Below the pieces are notes generated by a model, which saw nothing but the letters and a program-made list of their open reading frames with translations, was not told the origin of the DNA and ran no database searches. From contig CAYPNL010000143.1 of assembly GCA_964412045.1 (NCBI GenBank), positions 1 to 33,095 of the forward strand: a stretch of 33,095 nucleotides of DNA. Reading direction: 5' to 3'. The position numbers and the translations under genes are program-made. Position 1 is the stretch's first letter. The number at the start of each line of letters is the position of its first letter. Positions 11,001-19,776 of the stretch are shown here, piece after piece. This DNA comes from an uncultured Desulfobacteraceae bacterium. GTDB lineage: Bacteria > Desulfobacterota > DSM-4660 > Desulfatiglandales > B25-G16.

Positions 11001-11720
11001 TGCGAACGTTTCGTACTCCTCTTTCTCGAGTACAGTGATGACCGAAATCCCTGCCGAGTCTCTTCCCCGTACCTCCAACCGATCGAGGTTATTGAGGAGC
11101 GTGTTGATATGTTTCAGCCGGCGAAATACGGGAAAGCCGATCTCTTGTGTGCTCGAGCCGGAGAGGGCTTCTATCCTCTCCAGGTTCTTGAGTATCTCAT
11201 CGGTAATGCACCATTGCAGATCCTTGAGCTGTGTTATCCTGTTGATGACGACCTCGTTTTCCTCGGGAGACAGGAATGCCCCGCGTCGACTGCATTGATC
11301 TTGCACCTCGAGGATCAAGGCGCCGAGTATAGGGGAGACATCCTCGAGCTTCTCCCTAAGGGATTTGCCCTTAAACAGGGCCAAAAGGGAAGCAGGGGAT
11401 TTAAGAGAGAGGAGGTGATCCCTCAGTTCCCGGATAGAATTCTTTCCCGGCGACCCTTTCAGCTTCTGCAGGGCAAAGCTCCTCATATGGAGCACTACGG
11501 ATTCTATCCTTTCGAGAGAAATGGTTTTGGCAGCGGCTGCCCCCTTTTTGTAGGTTATGATGCCTGTGAGCCCACAGTTCAATCGGCACGTGTACACGGG
11601 GAGGAAGATGACGGCACCCACTTCGACGTCATGAACGCTCTTGGCGAGGTAGATCTTGGGGATATGCAGATGCCGCCGCTTCAAAAAGCCTTTTATCTTA
11701 TCGAATACCATGAATGTCAT
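8007..11720 (-). CDS. giant GlmS-like protein: class-II glutamine amidotransferase domain + two SIS domains with large insertions/extensions
   Basis: 1237 aa. GATase-II motifs: NCGLTGII (candidate nucleophile Cys49), RGRDSAGISV, AHTRWASVGE..NCHP, LNGDIDNY, TDTKII. SIS motifs: FIGQGTAG, ITQSGTTTDT, VASTKAY, and a second VVGSGYNK..EIRIKLSE. The GlmS-type tail AKTVTVG lies about 205 aa before the actual C-terminus. Confidence 0.8.
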   Translation of the reverse strand: MTFMVFDKIKGFLKRRHLHIPKIYLAKSVHDVEVGAVIFLPVYTCRLNCGLTGIITYKKGAAAAKTISLERIESVVLHMRSFALQKLKGSPGKNSIRELRDHLLSLKSPASLLALFKGKSLREKLEDVSPILGALILEVQDQCSRRGAFLSPEENEVVINRITQLKDLQWCITDEILKNLERIEALSGSSTQEIGFPVFRRLKHINTLLNNLDRLEVRGRDSAGISVITVLEKEEYETFAGNLEKQDLLDEFHARQQGGLLLNRDITVRHGNGTVSIAVTYKIAEQIGRLGDNVRYLRAQIHDDKIFQLLLACPNSSQSILAHTRWASVGEISEANCHPVDNILELDGNGYSCRNSAGIIHVCLNGDIDNYETLKERFESTTGRSIPSRITTDTKIIPLSIESYCRSGFSIEESFRLAVNDFTGSHAIAMHTDLAPGKLFLAVKGSGQSLYVGLGEEHYITASEIYGLVEETSRYIKLQGERESDGPGGKKGGQIVILDQDSEGEFNGIKTLRYNGEPFSLTRESIRHTEITSRDIDRQSFPHYFLKEISESPESVEKTIRNGWSIVKKNSGSHPLLLLGEDVFTPSLQDAFRHNRIRRILFIGQGTAGIAACGCAELLKVYLTDSAIHIAPLKASEFSGYLGQKDLTDTLLVAITQSGTTTDTNMAVDMARNRGAHTIAIVNRRDSDVTFKADGVLYTSTGRDIEMSVASTKAYYSQIAAGGVLGLALAHLLGMRDDDFILGEVQRLMRIPSLMRKVLEQEEEIARSATTFAPTKNYWAVVGSGYNKISADEIRIKLSELCYKTISSDMVEDKKHIDLSSEPLIVVCAAGNKGDVINDIIKDTAIFKAHNAATIVIATEGEDGFRRYADSLIYVPEIEERFSPILTTMAGHLWGYHAAKALHDESRFLFDFRKEINDYLSESFNKGIDIYHIVLDRILQEKTAKFFSQFKQRLHEKRYAAAMAPTTASDLTLLLKYLAGRLPTSDFELDFGTSGTAPNMFAAFFTCMSEAVNDLARPIDAIRHQAKTVTVGTSRIWAPVQGILFDSLTVSGFDTGNLTNKNVLVLTHLQEIIEEVKGETLYEISGLAYTGEPLDDSKIKLIQKRGTSLGIISRIEGQQELKGTKRIIVKSGNVFIGKGRVDDRSIVIIPLIKKGPHVDHLMLLEVGFKKNIELRKKVRALGEKYTHIKNIVEEMGLPWTDELLDLPTIEDLFGRSAEKIAEFIVSRSSGDASLDKG

Positions 11721-11763
11721 CCCAAGGAATGGCGATTCCTCTGATCAAAGGTGGGCTGCCCTG

Positions 11764-12726
11764 CTATCCGCTCATATCCTCGATCTCGATCCCCCGCGCT
11801 GAAATGGCTTCACGGTTGTCGAGGACTTTTTTGCCGGCAGCCTTATCGATCACATAGATCATGGTCCCGCCTTGTTGAGAGAATATCTGTCCGTAGGATA
11901 TGGGCACGAGCGGCGAAGGTTCATTGAGGAGGGATTCCGCTACCGGCTCTACCTTGCGCTCGCCGTTCGCCAGTAAAAGCACCGTTCGTGCACGGTACAC
12001 CAGCTCAACCCCCATGGAAACTGCATACTGAGGGCTCTGCTCTTTGCGTGCAAAGTGTCCATCCTTCACGGCATTTTCGACCGTGTTCTCATCGAGCTTT
12101 ACCAGAAGCATGCTGCTTCCCTCAAAAGGGATGCCTGATTCATGAAAGGCCACATGACCGCGTCCCCCTACCCCCACTACCTGAAGGTCGATACCTCCCA
12201 GGCTTGAGATTTTGTTCCCGTAAGCATCCACTATCTCCCTTCGAATCCAGGAGAGATACTCTGCTTGTGTGTTTTCCTTTATGAGTATAGCCTTTCCCTT
12301 ATCTGCTCCCTGTTCATTCCAGTCCTGGGGATGGGAGTTGAGTTCTGCCAGAAGACGGTCTTGGTCTACGAGCGTTCCCCAGGGTACATTCGTCTCTCTG
12401 AATTTCACCTCAAGCAGTCCGAAGAGCTCCTGCACCATAAAGAAGCTGTAGCTCTCAGGATGCAGGGTACGCTGCTGGGCGTTTTCCCCGGGCAGCCCTA
12501 TGTATTCATCCAGGTTGAAGCTCACGATCCGGGAGCAGTCGAACTCACCTTCATTCCCCGCCTGTGCGAGGTATTTGTAAAGCCCGGTCGGCGTGTTGCC
12601 GGTTGCCAGCCCCAGCACAAAGGCATCCTTTTCGATGAGGGTGCTCTTTATGCCTTCCACCACGATACGAGAGGCGACGTGGCTCATGTGATCGAAATCC
12701 CTGGTCACGATAGCCTTGAAGGGCAT
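11764..12726 (-). CDS. glucosamine-6-phosphate deaminase/isomerase-like protein (NagB family, extended)
   Basis: LGLATGNTPTGLY, NLDEYIG and VGVGGRGHVAFHE match NagB-type motifs. The preferred start is the ATG at 12726 (MPFKAIV), preceded by GGAGG; the ORF track starts at 12765. It is about 320 aa, longer than typical NagB, with an apparent internal insertion. Confidence 0.8.
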   Translation of the reverse strand: MPFKAIVTRDFDHMSHVASRIVVEGIKSTLIEKDAFVLGLATGNTPTGLYKYLAQAGNEGEFDCSRIVSFNLDEYIGLPGENAQQRTLHPESYSFFMVQELFGLLEVKFRETNVPWGTLVDQDRLLAELNSHPQDWNEQGADKGKAILIKENTQAEYLSWIRREIVDAYGNKISSLGGIDLQVVGVGGRGHVAFHESGIPFEGSSMLLVKLDENTVENAVKDGHFARKEQSPQYAVSMGVELVYRARTVLLLANGERKVEPVAESLLNEPSPLVPISYGQIFSQQGGTMIYVIDKAAGKKVLDNREAISARGIEIEDMSG

Positions 12727-12822
12727 GATCTTTTTCCTCCAATCCCTATGTATTTCCTGGCTCACTTACTATAAAAACGTGATCTCTACGTGTAGTCATA
12801 GATGATGCCCCTGACGGTCATA

Positions 12823-12936
12823 TTCTTTCCTTCTCACGGAGCGATGGAGTATGGGATAATTGGAGCACTGGAAAAGATCGTAGCGGATATTCAATATGAA
12901 ACCCTTACTCCAACACTCCAGTACTCCAACAAATCC
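12823..12936. repeat. GGAG/CTCC-rich palindromic intergenic element, copy E2
   Basis: TTCTTTCCTTCTCACGGAGCGATGGAG...ATTGGAGCACTGGAAAAGATCGTAGCGGATA aligns with E1 TTCTTTCTTTCACATGGAGCAATGGAG...ATTGGAGTATTGCAAAACATTGTAGCTGATA, about three quarters identical by eye. TTGGAGCACTGG pairs with CCAGTACTCCAA in the right arm. Confidence 0.6.
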
Positions 12937-13016
12937 TGGATCTGAAGGAAAGCCTCACGCTTTCAGCGAAAGTGTCATTTCGTATAAAACCGTGAACGTG
13001 GTGTGACGTTCATGTG

Positions 13017-14366
13017 CTAACCGATTTTCCCCATGATTACCTGGGAAATTTGCCTGCAGTACTGCTCCGTTTGCTCGTGTGTAGGTCCCTCTACCATGAC
13101 CCGGCACATGTTCTGGGTGCCTGAATAACGGACCAAGACCCTTCCTGAGTCGCCAAGTTGTGCCTCTACATCGGCGATGATCTGGGCAATATCGGGAACG
13201 GTAGAGAGATCCGGCTTGCTCTTCACATCCACATTGATGAGCTTTTGGGGGTAGACCTTCATTACCCGGCCAAGCTCCGAGAGGGGTTTTCCGGTCCTTT
13301 TTATAGCCGTGAGCACCTGCAGGGCGGTGATGATGCCGTCACCTGTCGTGTGGTGGTCCAGGAAGATGATATGACCGGAGTCCTCACCGCCGATTGAGGC
13401 CCCTTTTGCCTTCATCTCCTCCAGCACATACCGGTCGCCCACTTTGGTGGTGAGGCAGTTGATTCCGAACTCTCTTAAAGCGATGCCGAAACCGATGTTG
13501 CTCATCACGGTAGTTACCACCAGATTGTTTGCCAGGGTCCCTTCTTTTTTCATTTCTCTGGCACAGATAGCCATGATCTGATCACCTGTGAGGGCCGATC
13601 CCTTCTCATCAACGGCGATACATCGGTCACCATCTCCATCAAAAGCAAATCCAACATCAGCCTCCTGTTTGACAACCTCCTCGGCAAGGGCCTCAGGGTG
13701 CTGGGAGCCGCAGTTATCATTGATATTCTCCCCGTTGGGATCATCAAAGAGCGTGGCCACCTCTGCCCCCAACTCGAAGAAGGTCTCAGGCGCCACCTTG
13801 TAGGTTGCCCCGTGGGCGCAATCGAGGACTATCTTGGTGCCCTCCAGGGTACAGTCCTTGGGAAAGGCGCCCTTGAGAAATACGATGTAGCGACCCTTCA
13901 CATCGTCGATACGATAGGCCTTGCCCAGTTCATTGGGAGAGGGATGCATGCCGTCCATGTTGTTTGAGAGCACGAGATCTTCGATCTCGATCTCCTTTTC
14001 ATCAGGCAGCTTAAAGCCGTCGCTGGAGAATAATTTAATGCCGTTGTCCTGAAAGGGATTGTGGGAGGCAGAGATGACAATGCCTGCGTCAGCCCTCATG
14101 CTGGTTGTCGCAAAGGCAATGCCTGGTGTGGGCAAAGGCCCTACCAGAAGTGCGTTTACCCCCATAGAACAGATCCCTGCTACCAATGCATTCTCAAGCA
14201 TGTATCCTGAAACACGGGTATCCTTCCCGATAATGATGAGGGGCGTGTGCCCTTTTCGTTTAAAGAGGTGAGCGGTGGCCCTTCCAATCTTGAGAGCCAT
14301 CTCTGCGGTCATGGGGTATTCATTTGCAACGCCCCTCACCCCATCTGTTCCGAACAACGTTCCCAT
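13017..14366 (-). CDS. glmM: phosphoglucosamine mutase
   Basis: LFGTDGVRG N-terminus, phosphoserine loop ISASHNPFQDNGIKL, and DGDGDR metal loop. The start is taken at the ATG at 14366 (MGTLFGTDG), with GGAG 6 nt upstream; the ORF track extends to 14405. Confidence 0.93.
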   Translation of the reverse strand: MGTLFGTDGVRGVANEYPMTAEMALKIGRATAHLFKRKGHTPLIIIGKDTRVSGYMLENALVAGICSMGVNALLVGPLPTPGIAFATTSMRADAGIVISASHNPFQDNGIKLFSSDGFKLPDEKEIEIEDLVLSNNMDGMHPSPNELGKAYRIDDVKGRYIVFLKGAFPKDCTLEGTKIVLDCAHGATYKVAPETFFELGAEVATLFDDPNGENINDNCGSQHPEALAEEVVKQEADVGFAFDGDGDRCIAVDEKGSALTGDQIMAICAREMKKEGTLANNLVVTTVMSNIGFGIALREFGINCLTTKVGDRYVLEEMKAKGASIGGEDSGHIIFLDHHTTGDGIITALQVLTAIKRTGKPLSELGRVMKVYPQKLINVDVKSKPDLSTVPDIAQIIADVEAQLGDSGRVLVRYSGTQNMCRVMVEGPTHEQTEQYCRQISQVIMGKIG

Positions 14367-14499
14367 GGTAATCTCCTTTTCAATTTTGTGTGGCCTTTTT
14401 TCCACACTATGCTATGAAAAGCCTCTCGATGCAAGGGAGACACTCGATCTCTCAGCAGGGAGTCGTTCTTCTTTCATAGGCCTTGTTGCCGCGTCCTTT

Positions 14500-15126
14500 C
14501 TATACATCCCATTGACAGAAGTTTTTAAGGACGGTTAAGCCGCTAGGCCCGCTCTTCTCCGGATGAAACTGAACCGCGACAAGGTTCCTCTCGCCAACTA
14601 TGCTTGCAAAGGAGATACCATGCTCGGTGATCCCGATGATCGAATCCTCTGAGTCGGGAACCGGAAAATAGCTGTGGACGAAGTAGAACTCGTCCTCCGG
14701 TGTGATACCCCTGAAAACCGGATGCTCTTTTATCAAGCGCACCCGGTTCCAGCCCATGTGGGGAACCTTGAGGATATCCCCATGATCCGTGAGCAGTGGG
14801 GTGGGGAAACGGCTAACCTTTCCATAGAGCAACCCGAGACAGGAGGTATTATTTTCTTCGCTCTGCTGCAAAATGACCTGGCTGCCTAAGCAGATACCCA
14901 GGAGCGGCTTGCCGGATGCATAGACCTCATGCAGGGCCTTATCTATTCCCCTTCGCTTTAGATCGAGCATGGCCTGACCTGCGGATCCTACACCGGGCAG
15001 AATAACCCGATCGGCCTGGACGATTTGCTCTGCCTCACGGGTAACCTGAGATTGAAATCCGAGATGGCCGAGAGCCCTCGCCACGCTGGTGAGGTTTCCC
15101 GCCTGATAATCAATGATCGCTATCAC
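14500..15126 (-). CDS. hisH: imidazole glycerol phosphate synthase glutamine amidotransferase subunit
   Basis: 208 aa with the MIAIIDYQAGNLTSVARAL N-terminus, nucleophile elbow LLGICLGSQ and the VQFHPEKSG His/Glu motif. Confidence 0.9.
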   Translation of the reverse strand: MIAIIDYQAGNLTSVARALGHLGFQSQVTREAEQIVQADRVILPGVGSAGQAMLDLKRRGIDKALHEVYASGKPLLGICLGSQVILQQSEENNTSCLGLLYGKVSRFPTPLLTDHGDILKVPHMGWNRVRLIKEHPVFRGITPEDEFYFVHSYFPVPDSEDSIIGITEHGISFASIVGERNLVAVQFHPEKSGPSGLTVLKNFCQWDV

Positions 15127-15135
15127 TGTTCGGCC

Positions 15136-16665
15136 TTACTCCCATTCGATGGTGCTGGGCGGTTTTGAGCTGATATCGTAGACGACCCTGTTCACGCCCT
15201 TTACCTCGTTGATAATACGGTTTGAGATCCTGGCCAGCAAGGGGTTTGAGATCCTGGCCCAGTCAGCGGTCATCGCATCAAGGCTGGTGACCGCCCTGAT
15301 GACCACGATATGTTCGTAGGTTCTCTTATCCCCCATAATGCCCACTGTTTTGAGCGGCAGCAGGATCGCAAAGGATTGCCACAAGTTCCGGTAATAACCG
15401 CCTCTTTTTATCTCCTCGATCAGGATGCTGTCCGCCTCTCTCACCATGGAGAGCCGTTTGGGGATTACCTCGCCGACAATCCTTACTGCAAGCCCTGGCC
15501 CAGGGAAGGGATGGCGATATACCATATCATCCGGAAGCCCGAGTTCCTTGCCCAGCAGCCTTACCTCGTCCTTAAACAGGTGTTTTAAGGGTTCGATGAG
15601 CATGAGGTTCATCTTCTTGGGGAGCCCTCCTACATTGTGGTGGGATTTTATGACCGCTGATGGGCCGCCAAAGGTAGACCTGGACTCGATCAGATCCGGA
15701 TAGAGGGTACCCTGTGCCAGATACTTCACGTCCTTAAGCCTTCGGGCCTCCTCTTCAAAGACCTTGATAAAGGCCTTGCCTATAACCTTTCTCTTCCTCT
15801 CGGGATCAAGGACCCCTTGAAGAAGCTCGAGAAACCTCCCTCCGGCATTGACGATCCTCATGTTCAGCTTCAGGTAATCCTTGAATAAGCCCTTGACCCG
15901 GTGCCTCTCCCCCTTTCTCAGGAGCCCGTTGTCAACGAAGATACAGGTAAGCTGTCTGCCAATGGCCTTGTTCAGCAGAGCGGCTGTTACCGAGGAATCC
16001 ACTCCTCCGCTGATGCCGAGGATTACCCCGTTTCCCCCGACCTCTTCCCTGATCTCATCCACTGCCCTTCCGATAAAGGATTTCATGGTCCAGTTCCTGG
16101 CGCAGCCGCATATGCGAAACAGGAAGTTGCGGAGTATCCTCGTGCCCTCCGGCGTATGGGCAACTTCAGGATGGAATTGGAGCGCGTAGAGCCTCCTTTT
16201 GGGATTCTCGGCTGCGGCGATGCTTGTGTTTTCCGTGGAGGCCGATACGGCGAATCCCTCCGGCAGCTTTGCGGTAACATCACCATGGCTCATCCAGCAG
16301 GCGGTTTCAGCAGGAACCCCGGAAAAGATGCCCGAGTGTTCCAGGATACTCAGCGTAGCGAGGCCGTATTCCCTCTTGGTAGAGGGCTCCACCTTGCCGC
16401 CCAGGCTATCGATCATATACTGCATGCCGTAGCAGATGCCGAGAATGGGGATCCGGAGGTTAAAGATCTGAGGGTCGATCTTTGGGCTTCCCTTTTGATA
16501 GATGCTCGCCGGTCCTCCCGAGAGGATTACGCCCTGGGGCGAAAGCGATCGAATCCGGGATAGCTCGATGTCCGGGGGCTCAATCTGACAGTATATGTTC
16601 TGTTCCCTCACCCTCCTGGCGATGAGCTGATTGTACTGGGAGCCGAAATCGATAATCAAGATCAT
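15136..16665 (-). CDS. guaA: GMP synthase (glutamine-hydrolysing)
   Basis: 509 aa. [27 protein letters not shown], the ATP-PPase P-loop [10 protein letters not shown] and the C-terminal ..KPPSTIEWE are all classical GuaA features. Confidence 0.97.
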   Translation of the reverse strand: MILIIDFGSQYNQLIARRVREQNIYCQIEPPDIELSRIRSLSPQGVILSGGPASIYQKGSPKIDPQIFNLRIPILGICYGMQYMIDSLGGKVEPSTKREYGLATLSILEHSGIFSGVPAETACWMSHGDVTAKLPEGFAVSASTENTSIAAAENPKRRLYALQFHPEVAHTPEGTRILRNFLFRICGCARNWTMKSFIGRAVDEIREEVGGNGVILGISGGVDSSVTAALLNKAIGRQLTCIFVDNGLLRKGERHRVKGLFKDYLKLNMRIVNAGGRFLELLQGVLDPERKRKVIGKAFIKVFEEEARRLKDVKYLAQGTLYPDLIESRSTFGGPSAVIKSHHNVGGLPKKMNLMLIEPLKHLFKDEVRLLGKELGLPDDMVYRHPFPGPGLAVRIVGEVIPKRLSMVREADSILIEEIKRGGYYRNLWQSFAILLPLKTVGIMGDKRTYEHIVVIRAVTSLDAMTADWARISNPLLARISNRIINEVKGVNRVVYDISSKPPSTIEWE

Positions 16666-16839
16666 CTAAGCGTCCTCTTTCCTGCGTTAGGGGATTAAAA
16701 AAATTTATACTACATAAGTCTGTTTTCTTTCAAGGCAATGTTGATGGTCTCGGGAATCCCGGGGCCAACCCAGCAATGGTCTTGATCGTCTGCTTCAGTC
16801 AGCTCGCCCTGTGCAGCCCTTCCCTTTCCCTCTTTCCCG

Positions 16840-16868
16840 TTGACATTATGCGTGTGCTTGTTTAGTTT
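16840..16868 (+). promoter_or_regulatory. candidate sigma70-type promoter for the GT39 operon
   Basis: TTGACA (16840-16845), a 17-nt spacer, then TAGTTT (16863-16868), about 75 nt upstream of the GT39 ATG. The -10 is weak. Confidence 0.3.
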
Positions 16869-16943
16869 TTGCCGAGAGATATCCCTTGTTTTCGAAGATG
16901 CTCTAGCTCGTAAAGGAATCATACAGGAGGGAACGAGGCGACC

Positions 16944-18620
16944 ATGAAAGCCGTTATGGGCAGCTCATGGTGGAGATGGCTTGGCAATCACGAGGCCATT
17001 ATCATTCTTGCGGCCGGCATTCTGTTGCTGCTCCCCTGCGTGTGGTCCGAGACGAGCATCACCGGCCAGGATGAATACTGGTTGTCCCTGCGAACGCCCA
17101 TGGAAACCCTTGAACGGGGTGATTGGATCACCACATGGGTTAACGGCGAACCCCGCCTGAGGAAGCCGCCGCTCCTCTATTGGGCGATTATGGTGAGCTA
17201 CCGCATCTTGGGGATCAACCTGTTCGCCGCAAGAATCTGGGGCGTGTTGGCCGGTGCAGGTCTGGCAGCCTGTTCCTCCCTTCTTTATCGAGCCCTGTTC
17301 AAAAGGAGCGGCCTGCTCGCTGGCATGATCACCTTGGCAACCGTTGCGGTTGCCGTTGAAAGCCGCATGGCCATCCTGGACCTTCCCCTGGCTTTTCTCA
17401 CGTGCATGGCAGCGTATTTTGCCCTCAGGTGGGGGCAATCGGCACATGTGGGATGGGCTTTGGCCTCGGCCTTCTTTCTGGGGCTTTCGTTTCTTCTGAA
17501 AGGGCCTGTTGGATTTGTCTTCTTCACCGTGGCTGCCATTGGTGCGTTGTCCGTATTCGGATGGTGGCGCCTCCTGATATCATACTGGCCACACCTGGCT
17601 GGGGCATTCGTGGTACTGCTTGCTGTGTGCGTTCCCTGGCCCTTGGCCATGGCATACCTCTGGCCCGATTTCCTGGCGATCTTTGATCAGGAGATCGCAG
17701 CGAGGCAATTCGGCTTCCATGACCTCGGCGACATCCTTTCGACTGTGAGCGGTGCATTGGCCCTGGTTTTCCCATGGTCAATCGTGTTGATAGCGGCGCT
17801 TGCCTCAGTACTGAAGCATATGCGGGATCGCTCCGGCCGTGAAAGCCTCTGGCTTGCGATCTGGTTTTTCGGGGGGGTCATCCCCTTTTTCTTTATATAC
17901 ACCTTTGGCCGGTACATGACCCCGGTCATTCCCGCTGCATGTGTGCTGTGTGCATATTGGCTTGAAGAAGGCAGCAGGCCCTTGAGATCAAGCATGTTGA
18001 TTGTCGCCGTATCGTTGATCTCGGGGGTATGTGTTGCCCTCTGCCTGTTCTTCCTGTGGTTCGGCCATGGGATGCCCGCGGCCATCGCCTGCCTGCTCAT
18101 GGTCGGGCTGATCTTCCTGGTTACCCTCACGACCTACCATGCGCATCTCATTTCCAGTGCCGTGGCAGTCTTGCTGGCCATCACCATGGGAGGGCTCTAT
18201 CCGAGCCTGGGAATAAACGCCATGCCTGAGGGGATTGAGGAGATCGTAGGCGGCGCTCCGGTTGCCTCTTACAATAGCTCGCAACCATCCATGCTCTCCA
18301 TACGTCTGAAACGGAGCGCAATCCAGGTGGTCGGGGGCATAGAGCGATTCGACCGGGCGCTCGATGGCCTTGATGGATTCGTCTTTATGAGGGAAAGAGA
18401 CGTGGGGGGATTTGAGGGTCAGGCGAGGAGGCTGGGCATCCATTTCGAGCATGCCGGTCAATTCAAGACCTTGTATTCCAGGCACACCTGGGTCAGGTTT
18501 GCCCGGGAGGATGCCACCATCGATGACTGGAAGAGGGCAGCTAAAAGCCATTCCCTGGCGGACCTGCGATCCACCATTCACTACTATCGGGTACGCCCAA
18601 AGGATAATGCGGATGAGTAG
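16944..18620 (+). CDS. glycosyltransferase family 39 (ArnT/PMT-like polyprenyl-phosphate-sugar-dependent transferase)
   Basis: 558 aa and polytopic. The N-terminal loop ..GQDEYWLSLRTPMETLERGDWITTWVNGEPRLRKPPLLYWAIM.. is the characteristic DE..Y / KPPL.YW motif of ArnT-type enzymes. Many TM segments are followed by a soluble C-terminal domain. Confidence 0.8.
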   Translation: MKAVMGSSWWRWLGNHEAIIILAAGILLLLPCVWSETSITGQDEYWLSLRTPMETLERGDWITTWVNGEPRLRKPPLLYWAIMVSYRILGINLFAARIWGVLAGAGLAACSSLLYRALFKRSGLLAGMITLATVAVAVESRMAILDLPLAFLTCMAAYFALRWGQSAHVGWALASAFFLGLSFLLKGPVGFVFFTVAAIGALSVFGWWRLLISYWPHLAGAFVVLLAVCVPWPLAMAYLWPDFLAIFDQEIAARQFGFHDLGDILSTVSGALALVFPWSIVLIAALASVLKHMRDRSGRESLWLAIWFFGGVIPFFFIYTFGRYMTPVIPAACVLCAYWLEEGSRPLRSSMLIVAVSLISGVCVALCLFFLWFGHGMPAAIACLLMVGLIFLVTLTTYHAHLISSAVAVLLAITMGGLYPSLGINAMPEGIEEIVGGAPVASYNSSQPSMLSIRLKRSAIQVVGGIERFDRALDGLDGFVFMRERDVGGFEGQARRLGIHFEHAGQFKTLYSRHTWVRFAREDATIDDWKRAAKSHSLADLRSTIHYYRVRPKDNADE

Positions 18621-19776
18621 ACGATCGGTACGTATTGCCATACTTATCACACTTCTCCTGTATGCGGTGCCTGGGTGGCTGTGGCTCTGCTCTTTAAACC
18701 AAGCCCCACCGACATTTCACTTAAACCAGTCCTTTGATCCTGTCGATCAAGGCCTTCCACGGATGACCCAGGAGTTTATCAGCAGGGATTATGGGGCCGG
18801 CACGGTCCATGTGGCCTCCATCTGTGAGATGGCAGACGGAAGGCTCGCAGCCTCTTGGTACGGGGGCACCAAGGAGGGAGCGAGGGATACGGCGATATAT
18901 CTCGCGGTGCGCAATCCGGGGATACCCGGCTCATGGAGTGCGCCATGGGAAGTGGTGAACAGGGATTCCGCCTCGAGGGAACTGCGGCGATACGTGAAAA
19001 AGCTGGGCAATCCCCTGATTTTCACCGATTCCCAGAACCGTCTCTGGCTCATCTACGTCACCATCGCCGTCGGAGGCTGGTCAGGGAGCTCCCTCAATCT
19101 CAAGGTATCCGATGACGGCGGCAGGAACTGGACACCAAGCACACGGCTCACCCTGAGCCCGTTTCTCAATGTGAGCGAGCTCGTCAGGAATAATCCCCTT
19201 CAGATGAGCGACGGCTCCCTGGCCGTACCTATCTATCATGAATTCCTTGGGAAGTTCTCGGAGATCCTGTGGGTCAGGGAAGAGGACGGCGCATTCAAGG
19301 TTCGAAAGACAAGGATTGCGGGTGGCTGCAGTTTTATCCAGCCCTCAATCATTGCCCGCGATTCCAGCCGTGCAGCGGCCTTTTTTCGGAGTTGCTCCGA
19401 TGAGAGGGTTGTAGGGATGGCAACTACCCGGGATGCGGGAGCCACGTGGTCCGAACCGCATCACCTGGAGCTGCCGAACCCCGATGCAGCCGTCAATGCG
19501 CTCCGACTATCGGATGGGAGGATCCTGTTCGCCTTGAATGAGAGCCTCAGGGCCAGGGAGAATCTGCAACTCGCCCTTTCATCCGATAACGGTGCAACAT
19601 GGCAGCGAATCGCTCGGATCGAGGAAGACAAAGGGGCTGAATTCTCGTATCCCTATATGATACAGGATAGCCATGGACGAATACATCTCGTGTACACATG
19701 GAACAGAAGGCGCATCAAACATGTGGTGTTCAATGAAGGGTGGATCAACCTCAAGCTGCAGGGGGCCTCGGGGTGA
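18607..19776 (+). CDS. BNR/Asp-box repeat protein (sialidase-like beta-propeller), N-terminally membrane-anchored or secreted
   Basis: Three Asp-boxes: SDDGGRNWT, TRDAGATWS, SSDNGATWQ. The start is taken at the ATG at 18607 (MRMSRRSVRIAILITLLLYAV, a signal/anchor), overlapping the GT39 stop by 14 nt. The ORF-track start at 18412 lies inside the GT39 gene. Confidence 0.75.
   Translation: MRMSRRSVRIAILITLLLYAVPGWLWLCSLNQAPPTFHLNQSFDPVDQGLPRMTQEFISRDYGAGTVHVASICEMADGRLAASWYGGTKEGARDTAIYLAVRNPGIPGSWSAPWEVVNRDSASRELRRYVKKLGNPLIFTDSQNRLWLIYVTIAVGGWSGSSLNLKVSDDGGRNWTPSTRLTLSPFLNVSELVRNNPLQMSDGSLAVPIYHEFLGKFSEILWVREEDGAFKVRKTRIAGGCSFIQPSIIARDSSRAAAFFRSCSDERVVGMATTRDAGATWSEPHHLELPNPDAAVNALRLSDGRILFALNESLRARENLQLALSSDNGATWQRIARIEEDKGAEFSYPYMIQDSHGRIHLVYTWNRRRIKHVVFNEGWINLKLQGASG

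Noticed and set aside
10863-11744. 293-aa plus-strand ORF
   Set aside because: It is antisense to the 5' third of the GlmS-like gene, whose motifs (RGRDSAG, HTRWAS) lie on the minus strand. It is a shadow ORF.
12766-13016. Possible glmS ribozyme or other riboswitch in the leader of the NagB-like/GlmS-like genes
   Set aside because: I read the minus strand for the conserved glmS-ribozyme core as I remember it (GACGAGG-type segments and a pseudoknotted core) and found nothing comparable. The structured part is the E2 repeat, which also occurs in a 3' UTR. A covariance-model scan would be needed for certainty.
14500-15126. Orphan hisH (no hisF/hisA nearby) as an unusual amidotransferase
   Set aside because: All HisH motifs are canonical, and dispersed his genes are common. 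Nothing in the sequence suggests a different partner.
15901-16563. 220-aa plus-strand ORF
   Set aside because: It is antisense to guaA, an unambiguous call. It is a shadow ORF.
16710-16922. 70-aa minus-strand ORF in the guaA/GT39 divergent intergenic region
   Set aside because: It has no SD and no family, and it overlaps the candidate promoter region. It is more likely non-coding.
18412-18606. N-terminal 65-codon extension of the BNR protein ORF
   Set aside because: It lies inside the GT39 coding region in another frame and is Pro/Gly/Arg-rich. A signal/anchor-like N-terminus begins at the ATG at 18607, which overlaps the GT39 stop in the usual coupled fashion.
17988-18650. 220-aa minus-strand ORF, plus other minus-strand ORFs between 16965 and 18130
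   Set aside because: They are antisense to the GT39 membrane protein gene. Their Arg/Gly/Pro-rich translations are typical of reverse-frame artefacts.
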